Shown in pieces: positions 1-10,005 of a DNA stretch of 64,000 nt. The notes beneath the pieces are model-generated. The model had not been told where the DNA came from, made no database searches, and was given only the letters and a program-made list of their open reading frames with translations. Numbering within the stretch: position 1 is the first letter of the stretch; each line of letters begins with the position of its first letter. Position numbers and translations under genes: made by a program. The stretch is from Harriotta raleighana (lineage: Eukaryota): assembly GCA_050575255.1 (NCBI GenBank), contig JBNZDD010013718.1, positions 3,281,098 through 3,345,097 on the forward strand, given 5' to 3'.

Positions 1-78
1 ATTGTGCTTTCAAACATTGTAATGCAACATAAGAAATCTCGTACTGTGGTGAAAGTTAGGCTACTGCCATGACACTCC

Positions 79-213
79 CACTGCTGTGCGCAATTGGCTG
101 CCACATTTCACCCACCCAGTGTCTACACTTTACAGTATGTTCTGTGAAGCGCTTTGAAACATCTTCATGACGTGATAAAGTGCCACAGCAAATGCAAGGA
201 TTATTATCATTAT
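79..213 (+). mobile_element. SINE 3' half (short tRNA-SINE family with L2-type tail)
   Basis: cactgctgtgcgcaattggctgcc...tgtgaagcgctttgaaac...aaatgcaaggattattatcattat aligns by eye to the 3' half of the full copy at 50052-50355. Confidence 0.85.
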
Positions 214-639
214 GACATGCATTCACTGCATTGCCTTGCAGATTTTTCATCACAAATGCTACCACATACAGCACAGCTCAAACCCTAGGATTGGTCATAT
301 ACCTGAATGGATTGAATGGCCTTTTTAGATTTCATTTTATTGTCTCCCTATTCTAAAAGAATAGGAACTTTTACAATACCCTCTTCCAAGGTACTTGATA
401 TATTTGTTAAAGTCTGTTAAACTGGGGGGAGTTTATTTTCAAAGCCAATTTGAAAGTGAACATTGATACTCAGCTTGTTGAAAACTAACTGAGCAAACTT
501 TTGATGGATCAGTTGAAGGCAATTAACGTTTAGCAACCCGATCAACCTCGACTGGGGTTTGTGGTATTCTACAGGTAAGAATTGTTATTCCAAATCCAAC
601 TGGGGGCTGCTCCATCTCTTGCCAGCAGGAACATTATTT

Positions 640-1115
640 GGGGTAATACTTGGCAATCCTATTCCTCCACCAACTCCCTCCCTTCCACCAACTCTGGCCT
701 GCTTCTTCTTCCCCCTCTCATTCTGCCCCACCAGCATTCAACTCTTTGACCATATCACTCCCACCCTCGCCTAACTCCAAACTTCACTCCATCACACAGA
801 GGATACAATGCAAGATTCTGGTCCTCACCTTCAAAGCCCTCCATGATGTTGCTCCCCCTACCTCTGCCAGCGCCTAACCACATATCAACCTGCCCCTATA
901 CCCTCCACTTCGTGGGTTCCGGTCTGCTTCATATCCCCCATTTCATCCGCTCCACCATTGGCGGGCGAGCTTTCAACTATTTTGCCCCCACCCTCTGGAA
1001 CTCCATCCCGTAGTCCCTCCCTTAACTCCTTCAAGACCCACCTCAAGACCCTCCTCTTTGACCATGCTTTCATGCTGTCATGAAAGGCGCTATACAAGTG
1101 TAATTTTGTTGTTGT
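640..1115 (+). mobile_element. L2 LINE 3' fragment (decayed ORF2 C-terminus plus tail)
   Basis: Broken frames give HITPTLA and QRIQCKILVLTFKALHDVAPP, matching the L2 ORF2 end motif HITPVL..LHWLP...RI.FKIL.L.FKAL.GLAP. Ends in tgaaaggcgctatacaagtgtaattttgttgttgtt. Confidence 0.85.
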
Positions 1116-1119
1116 TTCA

Positions 1120-1478
1120 ATCAACCTCCATCCTCTTCCTGCCCTCTACCCTCTCCAATCCCTACCCCCAGCTAAAATCTGGAATACTGTCTGTCCAGTA
1201 CCTTGGGATATCCTCCCTACATAAAAAGCACTTTATGAATGTAATTTTGTTGTTTTTTCAGCCGCTTTGCATCCACTCGCCAGAACATTCTTCCAATGCC
1301 TTCCTCTTCGCTTTCAAAGAATATCTCCATAAAGCTTTCTTTTTGAGTTCAACTTTAGCCCCCTGTCCCTTTGCTATTCTCCATCTCCTACCCAGCCCAG
1401 GCTCCCATTCCACCTCTGTAAAATACTTTGAGACTGTCTCCAATATGGAAAGGCACTATATTAACAAACTGTGCTGTT
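1120..1478 (+). mobile_element. Further decayed L2 3' pieces
   Basis: Second tail aaaagcactttatgaatgtaattttgttgtt (~1224-1255) and third tail ctttgagactgtc...gaaaggcactatattaac (~1426-1465), with C-rich L2-like bodies. Confidence 0.55.
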
Positions 1479-1710
1479 AACTAATTTGAACCAAATTTGA
1501 ACTCGGTGGTTGCCAATAGAATTATTGAATCTCAACCGTACTGATATTGAAATATATTTTCCCACTGTAGTCAAATCTAGGTGAGAAATGAAGCAGAATT
1601 GCCTTGCAACCTATGAGCTCATGAAGCAATAGGAAAACTCAGGTATTGAATAACTAGGTTATTCAATAACTAGGCTGAATGACCCTTAGAGAGGCACACG
1701 CACATGTTGC

Positions 1711-1744
1711 TTTTTTTGTTTGTTTGTTTGTTTGCTGTTTTGTT
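1711..1744. repeat. poly-T/(TTTG)n microsatellite
   Basis: tttttttgtttgtttgtttgtttgctgttttgtt seen directly. Confidence 0.85.
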
Positions 1745-2334
1745 GAACATTATTCAAAAAGGCTCTGAGTGATTCTTAGTGTAAAAATTATTTGTTACCT
1801 AACCATTTTAAGCCAGCTCCTTTATTTCCAATCATTTTAGTTGTCCTTCTGCCATTTGCAGCCACAGTGGGATTGCACATTTTCATCTTGCCAAGCAACG
1901 TTTTTCATCTCTGAGCACGGCAGGAGATTTGTAGAACCAGGTCCCACAGTGTACAACCATGCTGAAATCAAGATTATTGCTATGTTTCAAAGCCAGGTTA
2001 TTGCTGAATGCCTGCAGGCGTGTTGATTTGTTGTTAAATTCTCATTGTTCCCCCTGGTCTACATTCCAGTCGTGTTACAAGTTTTTCTCACTGACTCATT
2101 TTTTTCGTTAAAAAACAGCTATAATTGCAGCTTTCATCTTTAAAAAAAATTCATTTTTGAGTGAAACTCACAATTTTTCTGTGGTTTATAGGTTGAATGA
2201 AGGAGTTGCGTAGGCCTACACACTTTAAATTTTAGACGAAGGAGATGTGTCTGTTTTGTAAATTGTTTTTAAATGATTTTTTTTCTTCCCTCAGAATGTT
2301 GGGCTGCAATGACCACTTTTTTTTATTTTAGGAT

Positions 2335-2395
2335 TCAACAACAAAATTACAATTGTATAGTGCCTTTCACGTCGGGAGGACGTCCCAAGGTGTTG
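2335..2395 (-). mobile_element. L2/SINE 3' tail fragment
   Basis: caacaacaaaattacaattgtatagtgcctttcacg is close to the reverse complement of the L2 tail at 1081-1115. Confidence 0.75.
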
Positions 2396-2734
2396 GGACT
2401 TTTCAAGCCAGAAAAGGTATTTAATAGCGGCTTTTCATGTCAATAATATCTTGGAGCGCTTCATAAGTAATGACTGCCAAACGTAGTGGCTGTTTTTGAT
2501 TACTCATTCAAATAGTAACGGTGCTTTAAAAAACTTTAAGATTCAGTTGCAAAGATGTAAGATTTTAAAACCCAACAGTTCATGACTTTCATTTCTGAAT
2601 CAACTAATAGTGCTTTTTCTGACTGAGTTTGTGAAAAATGGTTTCACATCCAATCAGTCTATCAGATTGTATTTAAATCCTATTTTACTCACTGAGGATT
2701 CTTCTATATTAGTTATATATTTTCATGGTGTTGG

Positions 2735-3030
2735 AGCTCATAGTCTAGACTGACATTCCAATTTGGGGCTGGGGGCGAGCTGCATTATCAGAGGTGCCAT
2801 CCTTCATAAAAGACATTAAACCGAGTTTCTATCTATCTGTTCATGTGGATGAAAAACATCCCATGACATTATTCAAAAAGGAAAAGGAAGTTGATGTTCT
2901 GAGATTGCTGTACATAAACTGACTGCCGCATTCATCTACAAGTGCAGTGATTACACACGAGTAAATCCTGGGAAGCACTTTGAGACATTCCAATGGTGTG
3001 AAAGGTGCTGCAACTAAATGTAAAGGTAGT
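2735..3030 (+). mobile_element. Deu-domain SINE, 5'-truncated
   Basis: gctgcattatcagaggtgccatcctt...acattaaaccgag...gtggatgaaaaacatcccatgacattattc resembles the Deu core of SacSINE1/AmnSINE1, followed by an L2-like tail (gaagcactttgagac...gtgaaaggtgct). Confidence 0.75.
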
Positions 3031-3965
3031 TATGAACAAAACAAATAATTATAATATTTTGTTGCATAGCATTTCTATTCCTGGATATAATCCATTACGC
3101 ACAGAATAATTTCACTATACATTCTATATTTCAGCACAGAGAGGAGACAATACAAGCAAAACCCTTGTGGATGTTTTGTTGGAGTTCAAAGAGTCATGAA
3201 CCATTTTCACTCGTGTCAGTGATTTACAGGGGGAAAGGATTTTGATGATGGCACATAGGGGAGCAGCAGCCACTTCTTTGTGATGAAATCCCTCCGGATT
3301 CTCAGTGCAACTGTAATTTTTCCCCAACCCGTGAAAATCTGTGAGAGTCCCAGGCTGAAAATAAGTCACAGCTGCAGAAACTCTGCAGCAGCATTAAAGT
3401 CACAAACGGTTTTGTGGAGTCGTAAGTCTTTCGAAAATTGGCCGCACTGTGATTTCATTAAAAATAATTCTCCTTTTGCATAAGGGGGTCATTTTCTGGT
3501 TGGCGGGTGGTAGGGTTTACTGCCAGTTGAAAATAATTACGGGCTCTGGCACAACCATTTTATAGTGCTCGTGGTAAGGCACAGTTTTTTTTATTTAAAA
3601 AGCAAATATTCTGCTGGAGATATTCAGGTAATTTAGGCTTGAAATGTGGATTCCCACTGGCTGAGAGGAAAGAAATGTACAATCCAGTCCAACAAAATGT
3701 GTCATAGGCAGTCATAGATGTCTTAGCAGAGTGGGCAAATGGGTGGCAAATAGAGTTTTCATGTTAAATATTTCAGCAAACATTCAATTGATGTATCTAG
3801 CTCATTTGAAGACGTCTTCCTTGTCCATATTTTGCACCTCATTCTTTCACAAAAATATTTATTTGTAGCAATCAATATACAATACACTCAAAGTGAGTCT
3901 ATGCCAAATCTCTACAGCAAGATACCCATGATGATATTTATGGTGTTATCTATATGTCTATAAGG

Positions 3966-4378
3966 TGTCACCCTGGCTGATTTGGTAGCACTTTAACCTT
4001 TGAATCAGAAGGTTGTAAATTCAAGCCCCATATCAGGACTTAGTGCTATAGGCCAGCAATCCAGTGCAGTATTGGAGAGTGCTGCATTATTGGAGATGTT
4101 GTCCTTTAGATCAGGTGTTAAACTGAACAGTTAAACAGGCCTTCCTGTTCGGGTGGACATTGTAGATCCCGAAAAGAGAATGGAGCTTCCCCCAGTGTTA
4201 TGCGCAAGGATTTCCCCCCAATAAAAAAAGAACCATTCAGTGCATTCGCTGTTTGTGGGACATTGATGTATGTGAATTGGCTGCCTCGTCTGCCTACAAA
4301 TACACAGTCTCAATCACTTTACGTGAAGTCCTTTGAAAGCACTATGTCAAATGCAAGATTAATATTATTGATAATGAT
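3966..4378 (+). mobile_element. Deu-domain SINE, near full length
   Basis: tRNA-like head (ctggctgatttggtagcac...aattcaagcccc), Deu core (gagtgctgcattattggagatg...gtggacattgtagatccc), then ctgtttgtgggac...aattggctgc and tail aaatgcaagattaatattatt. Confidence 0.85.
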
Positions 4379-5227
4379 TCTGAAGTAACAGTATAATACA
4401 GGACTTCTTCTCAAACTTTACAACTTGAGTAATACAAGTGTGAACATTGATTAACCATTCTTTAGCTGCATACATAGGTAAGTTTTACCATAGAGACCTC
4501 ACCCCTGACATCACTTTGCTTGGAAAATTCAGATTAACCCATTGGTAGCAGATTGAATAAATTCTCACATACTACACAGTTCCAGCGACAAATACAGGTC
4601 AGACCACTTAACGAGTCAGATAAAAGAGCAAATTTGATCCATGCATGGATATTTTCTTTTACACACACATTAATTTCTCTGCCAGTAAACTCATGTAAAG
4701 AGCAAACGGTTTCACTTATAAACATGTTTGTTTTTCATCCACCATTCACTCCGCTAAAAAAGGTGACCTTGTTGCCTTTTATCCTGCAGCTTGCACCATT
4801 AATCACCCATTAATGACCCAGTCACATAAAAAGCCTCAAAATGCGTTAATTACTTATTTTTAAAAGGCACGAAGAGGGGATCCTGTTATCTTAAATCTTT
4901 AGTGCAGACAACACATGCTGAGTTCTTTCTCAATGGCACATTTGTTAGCTCATGCATTTTGGGGAGTGGGGACTAGATTTTTTTTAAAAAGGAAAGTAGA
5001 GCTAAAGTTTTTAGAGGTTAGATAATTAAAAGCAAATCATTCAACATAATACCTTTAAATATAAAATATGAGAAAAGTTACAATTGTTGGAATGGGCACA
5101 CCTCAATTAAAAATTATTTACAGAGAGAGCTTACTTTTATTTACTACTGACTTCACAAGTGACAGCCTAATCCTGGATGTATTCAATTGAAACTTTGATT
5201 TGCAAATTAATCTTTTCTGAAAATATA

Positions 5228-5342
5228 ATATCAATAATCCTTGCTTGCATTTGATATAGCACCTTATCATGTCATCGAGACGTCTCAGAATGCTTCCGAG
5301 AATATATTGTGAAGTGATTTGACTGTATAATTTGTGAGCAAA
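5228..5342 (-). mobile_element. SINE 3' tail fragment
   Basis: aataatccttgc..catttgatatagcaccttatcatgtc...gtgaagtgatttgactgtata is the reverse complement of the family tail. Confidence 0.8.
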
Positions 5343-5559
5343 ATGAAAACTTTCTATTTTTTTCTCCCTTTCATCCTCGAATAAACAATTTGTGCTCCTC
5401 TGTAGGTGATAGTTCTTGTGGATGGGTCATTCGTAGCTGCCAACAGTCTACTGCGGGTTACTCTAATCTAGTGTAGTTCACTGGTTTGGACACATTTAGA
5501 ATTTGCATTTGAAAATATCAATAGTTGTTCAATTTGTGATTTTTGTGGTGGAATAAGAT

Positions 5560-5632
5560 TATATGAAGTGCTGTGAGACCTCCTCCTGACTGTGAAAGAT
5601 GCTGCATCAAATACAAGGTTTATTATTATTTA
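5560..5632 (+). mobile_element. SINE/L2 3' tail fragment
   Basis: tgaagtgctgtgagac...gtgaaagatgctgcatcaaatacaaggtttattattatt. Confidence 0.7.
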
Positions 5633-6125
5633 ATTAGCACTGTTTTGCATTCCATTTTACAGTGAAATGCAAAATAGCTTATTTAACAATTAAAACCTTA
5701 TGAATAATTCACTGTTACATTTGCCAAAGATCACATAACTGTTGTTTTGTGTTAAAATTGCTTTCTAAAGTTGAATAAACTCATCGGTTACTGTCATGTA
5801 ATCACTTTGCTAACCTGAATCTTTAATGTCTGTTGAAAACCTATTCAGAAATATGTAGACATTCAAGTCACAAGAATCAAATTTGTTCCTATTCAATAAG
5901 AGGAATTAGAGTTCAGACAATTACAATGTTGAGATGTTTGTAGATAAATCAAAAATGAGAGAATATTTTGATGTGTTACATCTGGAAATCTTTTAGAGCT
6001 TACTTCTTGATCAAAATGACTAGAAATGTAGCTGTATTGCTTAATTTCCATGGACAGCAGCTTTACCTTTTGAGTCATTGGGGAATTACTGGAACACAAC
6101 AATAATAATAATTTACTTGAATCTT

Positions 6126-6282
6126 TCAGCCTGGCTCAGTTGGTGGCACCTTTGCCTCGAAGTCAGAAGTGGTTCAGGCCTCACAATGTCCAAATAATAC
6201 AGTGGTGAAGATGTTCCATTATTTGAGATTTCACCCTTTGGATTGGTCCTTCCTGCCTGTTCAGATCAATGTTAAAGATCAG
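6126..6282 (+). mobile_element. Deu-domain SINE 5' fragment
   Basis: cagcctggctcagttggtggcacc (A box), ggttcaggcc (B-box-like), and a decayed core cctgcctgttcagatcaatgttaaagatc. Confidence 0.65.
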
Positions 6283-6989
6283 ATTCTTATTAATAATAAC
6301 AATAATAGATCAAAGGCTATGAGGAAAAGGTATTTCTGAAGCACCACATTCTCTTCCTTTAAATAAGAATCTATTACATAAAGTACTCTATTCCAGTGGA
6401 ACCATGCTATTTGTTCAGTTAAAATATGATATTAACTGCAATCAATATCTGCACAGTTCAGTTACTGTAAACCTACATTTCCAGAAATTATCAAATGGAT
6501 TTTCATAGAAAAAGATGAGCATATTACGGCTGCAAAAATGGGAATTTTCTAATTGAATATTCATTTGCAGATGCTTAAACATTGTTATAAATATTCACAA
6601 ACAAGTTCATCGCTGTTTGTATGATTTCAAGCACACTAATCAGAAGTGATATTTCAGTCTTTACCTGCATGGAAACATTACAGATGGTCACAATGAAAAT
6701 CATACAAAAATGGTTTCAATTTATATCAAAATAATTTTTAAAAAGCACTTATCACTAAACCTATTCTCTTCAATAATAGGGACTAGGAATTGATATTGAA
6801 TAATGTTATATTTGAACATTGTTTTAACATGCTACCGATAAATGTACACTGAAAGCATATGACTAAAATCTTTCATCTTGTGAATCCCTTTTTATATACA
6901 TTATATATATCTGGCTGCATTGTATTCTCTGATTTCTGGACACATCCCTTGTGTAGCCTTTTGTTTATTATCTTCTGTTATGTGCGTAG

Positions 6990-7590
6990 CTCACAGCCTT
7001 AGCGATCGGTTTTAGAAGAAGACCAATATCACTCTGTGTACAGATAATGAACCCTCCTCCCCCACCGCCCCCCCCCCTCTCCAGTCCCACACCATCGACC
7101 CCCACCCACCCCCTTATCAAATGAAGAATTGTAGCGAGAGGTCGGGTGCAGATAAACAAGAGCATAGCACTTCTGAAGGTCAGGACCCCTGTAAGGTGCC
7201 TCTTGTTATGCCTGACCTTCAGATTTTCATCATCACTGCTCTTGACAACTTAATAATGTTGAGGTGCAGGATTCATTTTTCCCGTCGGAGAGCTAGCGCT
7301 GGCCGCCCTTTCCTGATTATTTCCCTGCACTCCCAGCTGCCCTTTATAGGCCAACCATAACTCCATCAATCTTGCTCTTCTCACCCTGCCCATTCTCGGC
7401 TCCATGCTTTGCAGATAAATTTGACTTTTTTTTTGCATGAAGCAGCTGTCAGTATTTGCTGAGAAAATGGCCTCCCACTGTCTTAACATCATGCTGAGAT
7501 TAGCTGCTTCAGTAGTGGGGCTTATGACAGGCTGTTATCTGTCTGACTTTCTTAGTACCCTCCTGGCAAGGCTAAAATGTGTGATTGCAT
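6990..7590. promoter_or_regulatory. Candidate enhancer / conserved non-coding element
   Basis: Repeat-free, locally GC-richer block. It has a perfect CArG box CCTTTATAGG (7341-7350) next to E-box CAGCTG (7334-7339), CAGCTGTCA near 7443, and several AGATAA/TTATC GATA sites. Conservation is inferred, not tested. Confidence 0.5.
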
Positions 7591-7592
7591 AT

Positions 7593-7637
7593 TTATATAT
7601 ATATATATATACAATATGTATATTACAGTATATATGT
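7593..7637. repeat. (TA)n microsatellite, degenerate at the 3' end
   Basis: ttatatatatatatatatacaatatgtatattacagtatatatgt. Confidence 0.85.
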
Positions 7638-7799
7638 ACAGACAGTGACTGAGTGAGTAAGGGAGAGTGGGGAACAAGAGAATAAAATAGACAGGAGATA
7701 AATATAAATGAAGATGAATATAAACGCACAAACACATGTACATACAGAGCAAGAGAGCAGAGTAAAAGAGAAACATGGCAAAAGTCAGGGATTGACTTT

Positions 7800-8440
7800 G
7801 TGCCCTTTTATTACTTATTAAATCAAGTAACTTGAAACATATTATCTTCACCTCAACCCCCTCGATATGCAGGGACCAAAGAAGCATTGCTTTGTTGGGG
7901 GCTATTAGTGGGAATAAAGTGGGATGTGTTTGATTCACAGAGTGGATGATCCTTTGTGGCAGTGTTCCTGGCAGGACTTGTGCAACTGCAGTTTGTCCAA
8001 TGAATGAGCACAATTTGTTACAAAGATTGCTGAAGTCACTGGAGGGGATAATGCGACTGGGTACACCAGCTCTATATATCCCCCACCCCCCACCCAAACC
8101 CCAACCCCCCGCCCCTCTCCCAATTAAGTCACTTTAGACTAATAAGACAATGTGCTGCCCTTTAGACACAGCCTTCACTGTTCCTGGCCACCCACTTTAT
8201 TATTAAACCCAAGACCAGACAGCTTAAAAATTAACCATATGTCAGTGCTTGTACATCTTTGATTTGAGTCCAGGGCAGGACATGGGGGTCTAATTATGCG
8301 GCGATTCATAATCAGAGTCATAACAGTGACTCCGAGTTGTAATTAGCAGCTCCTGACGATAAGAGAAACTGCCTCCTGTTGACCCACAGGAACTCTGTTA
8401 TCTACTTCCGGGTGGATCAGTGTTCACTGCTGTGATCCAA
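7800..8440. promoter_or_regulatory. Candidate enhancer / conserved non-coding element
   Basis: Repeat-free block with TCF/LEF-type CTTTGAT (8257-8263), Sox-type ACAATG, homeodomain CTAATTA/GTAATTAG and GATAAG sites, interrupted by a poly-C tract at 8080-8120. Confidence 0.4.
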
Positions 8441-8589
8441 ATGACCTGTCTGCAAACACATTTTCACTCAAAATGTGAAAACTGTATAGTATTTCATTTC
8501 TGGAATACATTTGCCACCATAATTCCACATATGGACAGCAATTTACAATGCTACCTGATTCCATTCTGTCCTCAGCTTTGACTGATTCC

Positions 8590-8885
8590 TGGGGTCGGTA
8601 GATCGGGAGATGTGGAGCAGGCCGGAGCCTGTTGAGCAGAAGGAATGGACCAGTTGGTAGAGAATTTAGGAGCTCACAAAGATAGAGTGGCGCAAGGCCA
8701 TGGGGGGCTCTGAAGGACTAGGATCTTGAATTGAATCCTCTGAATGATGGGAAGCTAATGGTGTTGGGTGAGAATGGGGATGGTAGGGTCTTGGAGTTTG
8801 GTGTGGGAAAGGACATGGGCTGCAGAGTTCTGGATGATCTGTGGCTTATGGAGGGAGGAATTGGGGAGGCTGACAAGCAGGATGT
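8590..8885 (-). mobile_element. L2 LINE ORF2 3' fragment
   Basis: The reverse strand translates to LLVSLPNSSLHKPQIIQNSAAHVLSHTK...HH*LPIIQRIQFKILVL...HGLAPLY, the typical L2 ORF2 end (LQ.IQN.AAR.L...LHWLP). Confidence 0.85.
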
Positions 8886-9585
8886 TGGTTTGATCTCATC
8901 ACTTCAGAATACCCCACCTCTCATCCTCCCATCACAGCACAGTGTTGAGTTTAACAATTTTAGTGTCCTTGCCTCAACTATAATTTCTGATGTCTTCTCA
9001 TCACAAATTACCTTCTGGGTAAAGAAATATTTCCAAAATATCCCTTTGAAACCCCAAACCTGTGTCGTGTTATTCTGCTTGCCTTTGAATGCTACGGGAC
9101 AAGAAAAGCGGCTATTTAAAATTTGATTGGATTGCTTTAGTGAAGCTGAAACTGAGAGCACTCTTTCAAACACTATGGGAGGCCATAGCTCATTTTTTCT
9201 TCTAATCAGGACCACAGAGGACAATTTTTAACACCCATTCTGTCATCTTAGCTGAAATCACAACATTAAATACAGTGTGGATACAGGCAGGGGGTGACAC
9301 CAGGATATTCCTGGATTGCATTGGCTCAATTGCACAGATGTGTATTATTTGTGCCAAATTATTGGACAATAAGGAAACTGAGAGTTGATTCTATCCCTGG
9401 GTGACAGAAACACTTTAGTGAAAAATACCATGAAATGGAAGTTAATAGCTGTCTTTCCTTCAACATCAGTTATGGTCTGAGATATCATCATGTCATCATG
9501 CTGTGAGAATTGTGCTAGCAGCAAAGTCACTTTGCTCCCAGCACTATAGCACACTGGAATGAGAGGTCCAGCTTTTTCTAAAAGG

Positions 9586-10005
9586 TATCAGCCTGGCTCA
9601 ATTGGTAGGTTGGCAGGCTTACTCACACCTGTGAGTCAAAAGGCTGTGGGTTCAGCACTTTAAAGTCACAATCTAAAATGACACTCCAATGTAATATTGG
9701 GGATGTCCTGCATTGTCTGACAACGAGTAGTTAAATCGTTAAATCAAGGCCAGCCCCATTTGTCTGTCCATTGGATGTTGAAGATTGTATGGCACTATTT
9801 GAAAATAATAGTCACAACAAACTCACAAATAAAATTTGCCATTCACTTCACGACCATTTGTGGGTCATTGATGTGTGCAACTTGGCGGTTATAATTGCCT
9901 ACAAAATACATGGTAACTATACTTGATGATGAAATCTTATGAAGCGAGTTGAGACATCTTGACGATGCGAAAAGCCACTACATCAAATGCAAGGATTATT
10001 CTTGT
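9586..10005 (+). mobile_element. Deu-domain SINE, near full length
   Basis: tcagcctggctcaattggtag head, tgtgggttca B box, core ggatgttgaagattgtatggcactatttgaa, and tail gaagcgagttgagac...aaatgcaaggattatt. Confidence 0.8.

Noticed and set aside
7552-8097. 181-aa minus-strand ORF
   Set aside because: Runs through a poly-G tract, a purine-biased spacer and a (TA)n repeat (YIYIY), so it is a compositional artefact.
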